Shown here in pieces: positions 18,620-28,469 of a stretch of 64,000 nt of DNA; the first letter of the stretch is position 1; each line of letters begins with the position of its first letter. Location: assembly GCA_047947115.1 (NCBI GenBank), contig CP170459.1:3648001-3712000 (forward strand). Reading direction: 5' to 3'. Both the position numbers and the translations under genes were made by a program. Below the pieces are notes generated by a model, which was not told where the DNA came from, did not search any database, and worked only from the letters and a program-made list of their open reading frames with translations. This stretch comes from Verrucomicrobiota bacterium (GTDB lineage Bacteria > Verrucomicrobiota > Verrucomicrobiia > Limisphaerales > AAA164-E04).

Positions 18620-21600
18620 CAAAAACGTATATGAATCAACAATGGCTCATCTGTATGGAACGATGGCAAATAGCCTTCCGAAGCTTGCTGTTCGCATTGA
18701 TCCCAAGTTTGTGTGGCATCTGCCATGCCGCCGAGCCCGTAGCCGATGCCGAACGTTTGCCAAGACTGAAACCAACCGAACTTGAACAGGTGATGGATAC
18801 CTTTGAGGTCAAGGAGGGGTTCGAGCTGGAGTTGGCGGCTGGGGAGCCTTTGGTGGTGGATCCGGTGGCCATGGATTTTGATGTTTTCGGACGTGCTTAT
18901 GTGGTGGAGATGATCGGTTATTCGGAGCGGCGTCCGGAACGTCTGGGACGGGTTCGTTTTTTGATCGATGAAGATCAGGACGGGATCTTTGATCACAGCC
19001 ATCTGTTTGCTCGGGACCTTCCTTGGCCCACAGCGCTTGTTTGTTATGACGGCGGAGTATTCGTTGGAGCAACGCCGGATATCTATTATCTCAAAGACAC
19101 CGATGGCGATGGTATTGCGGATCTGCGTCGAAAGGTGTTTACAGGTTTTGCGGCGGACAGCGCGCCTTACCGGGTGGATCAGCTCAACATGCAGGCCATG
19201 ATGAACTCCTTTCACTGGGGAGCGGATAATCGAATCCATGGCGCGACGGGATTGGTGGGCGGTCGGGTCTATTCACCGATGGTTCCGGGGCAGCAACCTG
19301 TCAATTTGCGTGGTCGTGATTTCTCTTTCGATCCGCGTTCGCTGGATATTCGTCCCGAAAGTGGCGGGGCTCAAAATGGGATGTCGTTTGATGCGAATGG
19401 TGAAAAGTTTGTGTGCAGCAACAGTGATCACCTGCAGCATGTGGTTTACGACGATGTGTATGCCGGAATCAATCCCTTGGCACCATCTCGTCTGGCGCGA
19501 ATCAGTATTGCCGAGGACGGCCCCGCCGCTCCCGTATTCCGGATCAGTCCGGATGAACCCTGGCGTGTGATCCGGACCAAGTGGCGCGTGGCTGGCGCCG
19601 TGGGAGGACCGGTGGAAGGAGGTGGAACTCCCTCGGGATATTTTACCGGAGCAACCGGAGCGACCATTTTTACGGGAGATGCCTGGGGGGATGAGTTTTC
19701 TGGTAGCGCGTTCACTGCGGATTGCGGGAGTAATCTGGTGCATCGCAAACAACTTTTCCGCAACGGTTACACCTGGACGGCGCGCCGGCCGGCGTCGGAA
19801 CAGGGGACGGAGTTTGTAAGGTCATCCGACAACTGGTTTCGTCCGGTGCAATTTGCCAATGGCCCGGATGGCAACCTTTACATTCTCGATATGTATCGGG
19901 AAGTGATCGAGCACCCATGGTCTATCCCGGCGGGGATCAAACAGTTTCTGGACCTCAACAGTGGAAATGATCGGGGACGAATCTATCGACTGAAAAGAAA
20001 GGGTGCCCAATTCTCCCAGCGCCCAATGCCTGGGCACCAGGAGACAGCCAATTTGATTCCCATGTTGGGGCATTCAAATACCTGGCATCGGATCACAGCG
20101 ACACGTTTGCTGTATGAACGACAGGACGCATCCCTTGTACCTGTTTTGCGTGATGTGATCAAACACTCAGATCGCCCTGACGCCCGGATGGATGCGTATC
20201 AAGTGCTGGATGGTTTGGGGGAATTGGGTGCTGACGATGTTTTGGATGGGCTGAGGGATGATTCGAGCAAAGTGCGCCTGGCCATGTTACGACGTGTGGG
20301 CCATATGGATCAGTTGCCCGTCAGTAGAGAGGCATGGCTTGGTGTCATGACTGATCTTGTATTGGATCGAGAAGCGCGCTTCCAGGCGATCCTGGCCCTG
20401 GCGCGGCATCCGGTTGCTTCAGGGGCCCAGGCTTCATTGTTGTGGCAGGCCATGGCGTTGGAAACCGAGGATAAACGCTGGCTGCAGTTCGCTGTCTTGC
20501 AGGCGATGGGGAACTGTCAGGCCGAGTTTCTCAATAAACTGATTGTCATGCGAGATACGGGTGCTTCGGTTTTTCATGATGCAGCGGCGTTCTATCGGAT
20601 GCTGGGAGCCTCGGGAGATAAAGAGCGGATTTCCCTGGGTTTTACTTGGCTGCAGATCAAGTCGGTGGGCCTGAGTGAAGTGGCGTTTCTAACATCCTTG
20701 GGAGAGGGTTTGAAGCTGTCAGGGCAGTCCTGGGGGACTGTTTTAAATGAGGGACTTTCCCAAAAAGCCAGGAACAAATACCAAGGTTGGTTGAGTCATT
20801 CCGGATTAACTCACAAACAATTGGCTCAACAAGTGATCGCATTGATGGGGCAATTCCTTTCCGCTGAGATCAAACAACAATGGTGGGAGTGGTTGGAGGC
20901 GGAAGCATGGTTGCCGTTGCATGCCGACTTGTTGGCAGCTTTGAAATCATCGTTGGATGACCAGGATCTCGAGAGGTTCTGGAGTGCCTGGCCGCATTGG
21001 TCGGCTCAATCGCGTCAAGTCGCCACCGCTCATTTGCTTTCCAAGCATGCGTGGACTGAGCGCTTTTTGCGTGAAGCCGAAGAAAAACCATATATGCTGG
21101 GTGATTTAACCTTTGCCCAGCGTCGCGGTTTGCTTGGCCACAAGGCCGCATCCATTCGAAGTTTGGCCGGGGAATTATTGACGCCGCATGAGTCTGTAGC
21201 CGACGAGTCGCTTACTGCCACATTCCTGCCTTCCCTGTTGTTGGAGGCAGATCTGGAGAATGGTCACCGATTGTTCATGGAACGTTGTGCCACTTGTCAT
21301 CGTGGCAACGGAGAGGGCTTCGCCGTGGGGCCTGATCTGGTCTCTGTGAAAACGTCCGGTAAACATCGATTATTGGATAGCATTTTGTTTCCTAACAAGG
21401 AGGCTCAGCCACAGTTCATGTCCTACCTTGTCAGTACCAAAGACGGTGAAGAATATGAAGGACTGGTAGGGCAGGAAACAGAATCCTCCATCACGCTGCG
21501 TCAGTCTGGTGGACTAAACGTCACTGTTTCTCGCGACAATGTTCAAATATTTCACGGTACAGGCAGGTCCTTGATGCCCGAGGGACTTTCGGCCGGTATG

Positions 21601-21654
21601 AATGTTCAGGACATGGCAGATTTGCTGGAGTTCATCGTTCGCTTAAAGCGCTAG
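18616..21654 (+). CDS. PVC-type heme-binding CxxCH protein (membrane-bound dehydrogenase-like propeller, HEAT-like region, cytochrome c)
   Basis: EPLVVDPVAM, WFRPVQFANGPDG, GRIYR, CATCH and SLMPEGL motifs. Confidence 0.88.
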   Translation: MTKTYMNQQWLICMERWQIAFRSLLFALIPSLCGICHAAEPVADAERLPRLKPTELEQVMDTFEVKEGFELELAAGEPLVVDPVAMDFDVFGRAYVVEMIGYSERRPERLGRVRFLIDEDQDGIFDHSHLFARDLPWPTALVCYDGGVFVGATPDIYYLKDTDGDGIADLRRKVFTGFAADSAPYRVDQLNMQAMMNSFHWGADNRIHGATGLVGGRVYSPMVPGQQPVNLRGRDFSFDPRSLDIRPESGGAQNGMSFDANGEKFVCSNSDHLQHVVYDDVYAGINPLAPSRLARISIAEDGPAAPVFRISPDEPWRVIRTKWRVAGAVGGPVEGGGTPSGYFTGATGATIFTGDAWGDEFSGSAFTADCGSNLVHRKQLFRNGYTWTARRPASEQGTEFVRSSDNWFRPVQFANGPDGNLYILDMYREVIEHPWSIPAGIKQFLDLNSGNDRGRIYRLKRKGAQFSQRPMPGHQETANLIPMLGHSNTWHRITATRLLYERQDASLVPVLRDVIKHSDRPDARMDAYQVLDGLGELGADDVLDGLRDDSSKVRLAMLRRVGHMDQLPVSREAWLGVMTDLVLDREARFQAILALARHPVASGAQASLLWQAMALETEDKRWLQFAVLQAMGNCQAEFLNKLIVMRDTGASVFHDAAAFYRMLGASGDKERISLGFTWLQIKSVGLSEVAFLTSLGEGLKLSGQSWGTVLNEGLSQKARNKYQGWLSHSGLTHKQLAQQVIALMGQFLSAEIKQQWWEWLEAEAWLPLHADLLAALKSSLDDQDLERFWSAWPHWSAQSRQVATAHLLSKHAWTERFLREAEEKPYMLGDLTFAQRRGLLGHKAASIRSLAGELLTPHESVADESLTATFLPSLLLEADLENGHRLFMERCATCHRGNGEGFAVGPDLVSVKTSGKHRLLDSILFPNKEAQPQFMSYLVSTKDGEEYEGLVGQETESSITLRQSGGLNVTVSRDNVQIFHGTGRSLMPEGLSAGMNVQDMADLLEFIVRLKR

Positions 21655-21662
21655 CACTATTC

Positions 21663-22643
21663 ATGTCAGGCTCACCCAAACAGTTCAGGATTCTGGTCAT
21701 CACCGATATCCATTTTGCATGTGACCTTGAAAGAGCCAGGGGCGATTATGAATCCCGAACGGTATCCCATCCTTTGCTGAGATTTTTGCTTCGACAGTAC
21801 CGGTATTTCCTGTGGCGTCGTGATCCGTTTGGGTGGAATCATTATGTGCAACGGTTCATTGAACGTGCAGGGGAGGCAGATTGTATCATAGGTAATGGGG
21901 ATTACTGCTGTGATTCGGCCTTCATCGGAGTGGCTGATGATCCTTCTTTGCAGAGTTCAAAGGAATGTCTTGGCAGGATACGCAATGCATTTGGCGAAAA
22001 GTTTATCGGAATCATCGGGGATCATGACATAGGAAAAAAGAGCATGTTCGGGGGTTTTGGCGGCATGCATCTGGATAGTTGGGATCGTTGCCTGGAGGAA
22101 CTTGACCTGAAGCCCTTTTTTCAAGTGGAATTTGGCCGGCATGTGCTCATGGGATTGAATTCCACCTTGATCGGTTTGCCTTCGAACCTGGCAGACTGCG
22201 CCGCTGCTGATGCGAGTGCCTGGGAAATGCAACGCAACGCCCATCTGGAAACCATACGTGCGGCTTTGGGGAAATTGAGCAAAGATCAGCGTTTGCTTTT
22301 CTTTATACATGATCCATCCGCCTTGCCCCACCTCGCGAAATTTGGCTGGATGAGGGAACACTTTCATCGCCTGGATGGGACCTTTGTGGGTCATTTACAT
22401 TCCGAAATCATCATCAAGATGAGTCGAATGTTGGCCGGAATGCCACGTATTCACGGATTGGGGCATACTGCTTTGAAAATGTCCACGGCATTACAGAAAG
22501 CCCGGGAATGGAGACCCTTCAAGGTTCATCTTGTGCCTGCTCCGGGGGGGATTCAGATAAGCAGGCGTGGTGGCTTCGGTGAAATATTGATTCCGCCGGA
22601 CGGAACAGGGCGTGTTGGGTTTAAGGTGCATTCACTGGATTGA
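21663..22643 (+). CDS. Metallophosphoesterase (calcineurin-like)
   Basis: TDIH, GD, GDHD, H and GHLH motifs. Confidence 0.75.
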   Translation: MSGSPKQFRILVITDIHFACDLERARGDYESRTVSHPLLRFLLRQYRYFLWRRDPFGWNHYVQRFIERAGEADCIIGNGDYCCDSAFIGVADDPSLQSSKECLGRIRNAFGEKFIGIIGDHDIGKKSMFGGFGGMHLDSWDRCLEELDLKPFFQVEFGRHVLMGLNSTLIGLPSNLADCAAADASAWEMQRNAHLETIRAALGKLSKDQRLLFFIHDPSALPHLAKFGWMREHFHRLDGTFVGHLHSEIIIKMSRMLAGMPRIHGLGHTALKMSTALQKAREWRPFKVHLVPAPGGIQISRRGGFGEILIPPDGTGRVGFKVHSLD

Positions 22644-22647
22644 ATTG

Positions 22648-23556
22648 TCATCGTATATCAGGAGACGACAATACCCATTCGATCGCAGACGGTATGACTT
22701 GAATTTTTCCGTTGCTTGCCCGGGTGATTTCCCCGTCAAGATTCCACAGTGTAGGTTTGTCGGATTGAATTTCGAACTGTTCTATCTGTTTGTAAAACAC
22801 CTGAGGAAGTTCGATATGGTGACCTTTGTGGAGTTTGGAGAACAGGTGCAGCAGTAGCGATCTTCCGGCCTTCCGAAGATACAGAAGATCCATAAGTCCA
22901 TCGTTAAAGCTCGCCTTGGGGGAGAGGAACATGCCTTTTCCCACATATTTGGAGTTGCTGGCAACGATCAGTGAGTAGTCGGTCTCATCTTGTTCCTGTC
23001 CGATGATGAGATTGCCTCGTTGTGTCGGGTTTCGAAGTATTTCCAAGAGTCCGGCGATGTTGTAACGTTGCGTGCCCAGCCATCTCAAGGATTCTGCGCG
23101 ATGATTTCCGCTGGCAAACAAGCCCCATCCGCAAACATTGAAAACATACCTCGTTTGATTGTTCAGATCCGCTTTGAAGAGATCAACCGGACACCGTTGC
23201 CCATTCAGAAGCGTCACGATAGCTTGTGTGGGTGTGGTGATTCCGATGTCTTCCATGAACGAATTTCCGGTGCCTCCGGGAATGGATGCAACGGGCATCC
23301 GTTCACCCTGTGGCCGCTTCATCTGGCCGTTGATGATTTCATGCATCGTTCCGTCGCCTCCGATGCCACAAAGGGTGGTATCTGACTGGAAGGGAATGGT
23401 GGCGCTCAGTTGTTCGGCGTGCCCTTTTTTCGCCGTAACATGACGAATCACCTTCCAACGATGCTGCACCAAGTCCGTCTCAACATGGCTGGCCAGCTGG
23501 AGATTGTCGCCGACGCCTCCTTTTGGGTTGGTGATGAGATGGACGGTACGAGTCAT
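22648..23556 (-). CDS. Diacylglycerol/lipid kinase family protein (YegS/BmrU-like)
   Basis: NPKGG, GGDGT, PGGTGNS and DGE motifs. Confidence 0.85.
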   Translation of the reverse strand: MTRTVHLITNPKGGVGDNLQLASHVETDLVQHRWKVIRHVTAKKGHAEQLSATIPFQSDTTLCGIGGDGTMHEIINGQMKRPQGERMPVASIPGGTGNSFMEDIGITTPTQAIVTLLNGQRCPVDLFKADLNNQTRYVFNVCGWGLFASGNHRAESLRWLGTQRYNIAGLLEILRNPTQRGNLIIGQEQDETDYSLIVASNSKYVGKGMFLSPKASFNDGLMDLLYLRKAGRSLLLHLFSKLHKGHHIELPQVFYKQIEQFEIQSDKPTLWNLDGEITRASNGKIQVIPSAIEWVLSSPDIR

Positions 23557-23648
23557 GCGGTTGCATGGTAGGAAAAGATGAGTTCTGGTGTCCAGAAAAG
23601 GTGTGGATTCATGATTGACTTGATCCCGCTGTGAGACACCATTTCCGC

Positions 23649-24284
23649 ATGAGTAAGAAAAACTCCGGAAGTATTTGGAAAATATTGTTGCTGATCGGTG
23701 TCGCCGCTTTGGTTGGAGCTGGCTATGTGCTGTATCAGAAACCTGAAGTTCAGGAGAAAGTGGAGGATGCACGCTGGATTTATGAGCACCGGGAGGCTGA
23801 CCTTTATCAAGGTATTGACTGGACCGACGGAGAAATCGTCAAGGTGCTCGATGGAAACTGGGTTTATGTCAAAATTAAAGAAGGATTCGTTTACGCCTTG
23901 CGCATACGTGGGCTGGAAGCGCCCACGCTGGCGGTTCGCTTGAGCGATGACACCCTCAAGCTGGGGCAGGCTTCCAAAAAGTTTCTCGAAGAACTTGCTC
24001 TCAAAAAGCCCATGCGATTTCAAGTGATTGACATGAGTGACCAGAGGTATGGCCATGGGTATATCGAGTTGAACGATGAATCGATTCTGTTTCCAATGAT
24101 CAAGGCTGGTATGGCTCGATTGAATCGATCAGAAATCACCCACTTTGACAACCAGACCCTACTTGACCTGTTCCAGACAGAACGAGAAGCTCAGAAATCC
24201 GGCGTTGGTATTTGGGAACCTTCCTTGCAAATCGACTGGACCGTCGGAGACTTCAGCCAAACGGAGCAAGCTCCCCAACTGTGA
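23649..24284 (+). CDS. Membrane-anchored thermonuclease (SNase)-like protein with a degenerate active site
   Basis: N-terminal TM helix; VLDGNW, RIRGLEAPT, RYG and EAQKSGVGIW resemble the SNase pattern. Confidence 0.65.
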   Translation: MSKKNSGSIWKILLLIGVAALVGAGYVLYQKPEVQEKVEDARWIYEHREADLYQGIDWTDGEIVKVLDGNWVYVKIKEGFVYALRIRGLEAPTLAVRLSDDTLKLGQASKKFLEELALKKPMRFQVIDMSDQRYGHGYIELNDESILFPMIKAGMARLNRSEITHFDNQTLLDLFQTEREAQKSGVGIWEPSLQIDWTVGDFSQTEQAPQL

Positions 24285-24373
24285 TACCACCCGCAGTCCC
24301 TCGACAGAAGCGGTGCGCTTTTGCCAGCACAGACTCGTGGTGTTGTTGAACGTTTTTCTTCCTATTCATCATG

Positions 24374-24410
24374 AAAAAAATACCCGGAGCCTGTAAACAG
24401 GTTCCGGGTG
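24374..24410 (-). terminator. Rho-independent terminator of the PA14 gene
   Basis: Minus strand ACCCGGAACCTGT-TT-ACAGGCTCCGGGT followed by A and T7. Confidence 0.8.
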
Positions 24411-24430
24411 CTTGGTCATGATTGGAATGC

Positions 24431-27043
24431 CTAATTGTCCCTTTGTACTCGATAGAACTTTTGTGCGCCATGAATGTCCGCCTGCCAGGAGGTCGAATTA
24501 CCTGATGCGCTGACGCCAGAGGCGACTTCAGACCAATTGCCCGATGCAATGTCATCTGATGACAGAATGGTGTATGAACCTCCGGAAACGCTGCTGAAGG
24601 TTAATTCAAACTGCCCGCCTGAGATCTGTGCGGAACCAAGCACTGGCGCCTCCAAAGGTTCTGGCTTACCTGTCTGAACCCCTTTCGCGTTGAAGACTCT
24701 CACGTTGTCAATAAAGACGTCCACATATCCGTCAAAACCTCCCTGTGAAACCAAGTTGATATTCGGCGCAGGGTCAGCCCAGTCAACGGATGCCAGATTG
24801 ACGGAGGTGGTTCGGCGCACTTCGCTGCCCACCCAGTTCGGGGTCAGACGTAGACCGGTCGCCGAAGGTAGGAACTGGAACCACGAGACCGCCGTATTTG
24901 GATCCGGAACGATGACGAAGTCGTAGCTCAATGTGTAGTGCACACGGTCTTCAGGAGCTATGCCCGCGATGATCGAATTGAAAGTGGCATTTTGAGATAG
25001 CTCCATGACGGCTACAGTGGTCCAACCTCCATCGTCGATTTCAATCCAGGCCGCTCCATCACCTTCCGAAATGCGTGGATCATCCGCGCCTTCTCGCGCG
25101 TAGTCATAAAGAGGGAATCCACCCTCGGTCAACAAAACCAGATCAGGGCCTTCCAATCCGTCGATCAAGGTTTCTTCAGGTGCATAACCCCTGGCATAGG
25201 TGTCAAGCAAACGGATGTTGTCAATATATAGTTTGCTTGCTTCGCTCAAATCTCCATTGAACCCGAAACCAATGGCAATGCGTCCGTCTTCGTTGGGCAC
25301 CAGATCATTTCCATTACGGACCGAATCAAATTCAATAAAGGCGGTCACGGGTTCGTCCCAGGTTCCATTTGCTTCGATCTGATCTCCATAAGTAGCGTCT
25401 CCGATCCAAACCGGGTTGTTTGCCCAGTTTCCGCCACCACTGCCAAAGGTGATGTCATACAGTAACCACCAGCGATGCGGGGCATCTTCGTTCCAGGCTT
25501 CTAGTAAAGTCGAGGAAGCCTCAGGACTAAGTAACACTTGGAAGTCCTGAACCCATCCGGACATGGTGTTGAAGGATACTTCCAGTGCCTTATCGCCGTC
25601 GGTAACTCCTGCAATGGTGCCGTCGGCTGTCAGATCCGCTACCTTGTATTCGGTCCGGTCGCCGTTCCAGAGGATCGCGGTATCCAGAATGGATTCGTTG
25701 TCGGCTTCTTCAAAGGATTCCAACAAAACGGTCGGTAAAACGACAGGCTCCTGTTTCACCAGGCTGGGGAGCGTGATGGGTTCTTCCAGAGGTTGGAATA
25801 TGAGGTTGGTCAACGGTGCTCCGTCCATGGTTAAATCAATGCTGGCTCCACCATGATCTCCCGCTTCACTTGTCCAGTCTCCGTTGAACCAGTTCACTTC
25901 GATTGGATATAGTCCGGCAGTGGTAAAAAAGGCGCTGCCATCCGGATTTGGTCCGGGTGCGCCGTGGCCGCCGTCGTTGTTTACGACTACCTGATTGCTG
26001 ATTCGAACGACGGATCCATCATCCGAAGCACTGGTGAAATCATGCTTTCCAGGGGTGTCGATTTGAATCAAACCTCTCAGCTGGATCATGCCGTCATCCA
26101 GATTGCCTTCCGTTCCGGAAAATGAACCGCTGTCACCAGCCAACCAATCCAGGATAGGTGTCAAATCATCGCCAGTGTAGCTAACGTTGGTCGAAACAAA
26201 GGTGCCTTGCGGATCGGAATTGATCATGAAGATGCCATGATCATCTCCCGGCACGGTTTGGAAAACCGGCCCTTGGGTGCCTTCGCCGAATTCAAACCCC
26301 TTGGGTTCCGTGGTCCAGTATTTGCCGGCCAAGCCTGCGTCACCCGATTCGGCAGATATAGCGGATACCCCGATTGCTGCGGCTCCGACATCTGAAGCGC
26401 TGTAGAGCAGGTCACCGGAAATGGCTTCACCATCGGCGAGGATATTCAGGCTGGCGCCACCGTGGTCTCCAGCATCACTGGTCCAGTCGCCATTGAACCA
26501 GGCGATTTCAATGGGATACAGGCCTGCTTGTTTGAAATCGAATGATCCATCCGGTGCATCGCCTGGAGCCCCGTGACGGCCATCGTTGTCGACCACACGT
26601 TCGCCGGCAATCCAGATGATGGAACCGTCGTCGGATTCACTGCGCAGGTCCATGATGCCCGGAGAATCCACACGCAGGTATCCGGTGAAACTCAATAATC
26701 CATCATCCATGTTGCCGTCCGCTCCGACATAAGACGCACCATCAGCCTGGAGCCAGTCTCGGACAGGAGTCAGGTCATTGCCACCTTGATAGCTCAAGCC
26801 GGTGGCAGTGAAAGTGCCGGTAGGGTGGGCTCCGCGAATGATCTTCAAGCCGATGTCCTTTTCACCGCCTTTGTCATCCAGGTTGTCGATGGTTGCGACA
26901 CCTGCGTGCCAGTAACGACCGTCCAGGCCGCTGCCCGTATCAGGTATTCCGTTGAGAGTGAGAATCTCCTGGGTGAGTACATTCGTTGACATGCACATGG
27001 ATAAACCGCATGTGGCGAACACACGAAAAAGGTTTCTGGACAT
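24431..27043 (-). CDS. Secreted acidic protein with two PA14 domains and a C-terminal FYRV-type domain
   Basis: Two copies of SDDGS...NDGxHG...AGLYPIE.WFNGDWTS.AGDHGGAS; signal peptide; ends in QKFYRVQRDN. Confidence 0.75.
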   Translation of the reverse strand: MSRNLFRVFATCGLSMCMSTNVLTQEILTLNGIPDTGSGLDGRYWHAGVATIDNLDDKGGEKDIGLKIIRGAHPTGTFTATGLSYQGGNDLTPVRDWLQADGASYVGADGNMDDGLLSFTGYLRVDSPGIMDLRSESDDGSIIWIAGERVVDNDGRHGAPGDAPDGSFDFKQAGLYPIEIAWFNGDWTSDAGDHGGASLNILADGEAISGDLLYSASDVGAAAIGVSAISAESGDAGLAGKYWTTEPKGFEFGEGTQGPVFQTVPGDDHGIFMINSDPQGTFVSTNVSYTGDDLTPILDWLAGDSGSFSGTEGNLDDGMIQLRGLIQIDTPGKHDFTSASDDGSVVRISNQVVVNNDGGHGAPGPNPDGSAFFTTAGLYPIEVNWFNGDWTSEAGDHGGASIDLTMDGAPLTNLIFQPLEEPITLPSLVKQEPVVLPTVLLESFEEADNESILDTAILWNGDRTEYKVADLTADGTIAGVTDGDKALEVSFNTMSGWVQDFQVLLSPEASSTLLEAWNEDAPHRWWLLYDITFGSGGGNWANNPVWIGDATYGDQIEANGTWDEPVTAFIEFDSVRNGNDLVPNEDGRIAIGFGFNGDLSEASKLYIDNIRLLDTYARGYAPEETLIDGLEGPDLVLLTEGGFPLYDYAREGADDPRISEGDGAAWIEIDDGGWTTVAVMELSQNATFNSIIAGIAPEDRVHYTLSYDFVIVPDPNTAVSWFQFLPSATGLRLTPNWVGSEVRRTTSVNLASVDWADPAPNINLVSQGGFDGYVDVFIDNVRVFNAKGVQTGKPEPLEAPVLGSAQISGGQFELTFSSVSGGSYTILSSDDIASGNWSEVASGVSASGNSTSWQADIHGAQKFYRVQRDN

Positions 27044-27103
27044 GCTGTATCTCGTAATCTTTCACATAAAAGTGTCAAGTCTATAGAGGTAAGGTTGATT
27101 GAG

Positions 27104-28381
27104 TCATATGAATGGCGTCACTCCGGGAACTGCGATGGGCGCATCGGGAGCATCGCCCCAGGCATAATTCGCAGGTGTCAGATCTTCCTTTGATTCCAGG
27201 GCCTGTTGCCAGGTGATTTCCTGTCCGGTGTATGTTGCCATGCGTCCCATGATGGCGAGCAGGGTGCTCATGGCCATGTATTCTCCATTGTTGATTGGTT
27301 CTCCTGCGCGGATGGCAGCAAACATTTCATCGTGCTCGGTTTGATAGACATTGTTGTCCTCGCCATCATAGATCCAACGATCTTTTCCGGTTGGTTCCAT
27401 GTAGATGCCACGACGACGTTCGTTGATATTTGCTTTTCCCCGGCTTCCGTATATCTGGGCGCTCATGTCATTTTTGCAACCGCGGATCTGACGTGTGTTG
27501 GACACGAGTCGTGCGCCATCTTCAAATTCATAGGTCACACTGTGATGATCGAAGATGTTTCCATATTTTTCTTCCTTCCGAACCTCGCGGCCTCCCATGC
27601 CGACCGCTTTCACCGGGTATCCACCTTTGGCCCAAGCACAGATGTCCAGGTAATGAACATGTTGTTCCACGTTGAAATCACCGGAGAGCCAGGTGTAGTA
27701 ATACCAGTTGCGCATTTGATAATGCATGTCGGTCCAGTCAGGTTGACGTTCTTTGTACCAGATGCCACTGCGATAATCGTTGGCGAACATGGTGTGAATG
27801 TCCCCGATTTCACCTCCATGAATGCGTCGCATGATTTCACGGAATCCATATCCATATCGCAGGCAGAGTCCGCTGACCACGCTCAGTTTTTTCCTTCTTG
27901 CTTCCTCGCACGATGCGAGCACCGAACGCACACCCGGTGCGTCCACAGCCACAGGCTTTTCGGCAAAAACGTGTTTGCCGGCAGCGATGGCGGCTTTCAA
28001 ATGAGCCGGCCGGAAATGCGGTGGTGTCGTTAGAATCACGCTGTCGACATCGCTGGCCAACACCTGTTCAAAGGCGTTCCATCCGACGAATTGGTGATCC
28101 GGCTTGACCTTGACCTTTTCTGCGACCGCGGACGTTTTGGTGAGCGTGTTCAGGCTGGTTTCCAAGCGGTCCGCAAACATGTCGCCCATGGCGACCAGTT
28201 CAACGTTGTTGTCTGCTTGAAGAGCCTGGGCGGCTGCGCCGGAGCCTCGTCCGCCGCAACCAATCAGGCCGACCCTGATTTTCTCGTTGCCCGCAGCATG
28301 CACGGCAAGGGGAGCGATCGCAGCAGCAAGAGTGGTTTGTTTCAAGAATTCCCGACGATTGGTTGGATTGGATGGATTCAT
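27104..28381 (-). CDS. Gfo/Idh/MocA family oxidoreductase, Tat-exported
   Basis: NRREFLK Tat motif; GLIGCGGRG, AEKP and EQHVH motifs. Confidence 0.9.
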   Translation of the reverse strand: MNPSNPTNRREFLKQTTLAAAIAPLAVHAAGNEKIRVGLIGCGGRGSGAAAQALQADNNVELVAMGDMFADRLETSLNTLTKTSAVAEKVKVKPDHQFVGWNAFEQVLASDVDSVILTTPPHFRPAHLKAAIAAGKHVFAEKPVAVDAPGVRSVLASCEEARRKKLSVVSGLCLRYGYGFREIMRRIHGGEIGDIHTMFANDYRSGIWYKERQPDWTDMHYQMRNWYYYTWLSGDFNVEQHVHYLDICAWAKGGYPVKAVGMGGREVRKEEKYGNIFDHHSVTYEFEDGARLVSNTRQIRGCKNDMSAQIYGSRGKANINERRRGIYMEPTGKDRWIYDGEDNNVYQTEHDEMFAAIRAGEPINNGEYMAMSTLLAIMGRMATYTGQEITWQQALESKEDLTPANYAWGDAPDAPIAVPGVTPFI

Positions 28382-28469
28382 GAAAAAGGATGTTGATGGT
28401 TTTCGCGGGCAAGTCAATCATCAAGGAAATCGTCGTGACATGACCTTCCCAGCCGCTAAACTTTTTCTT

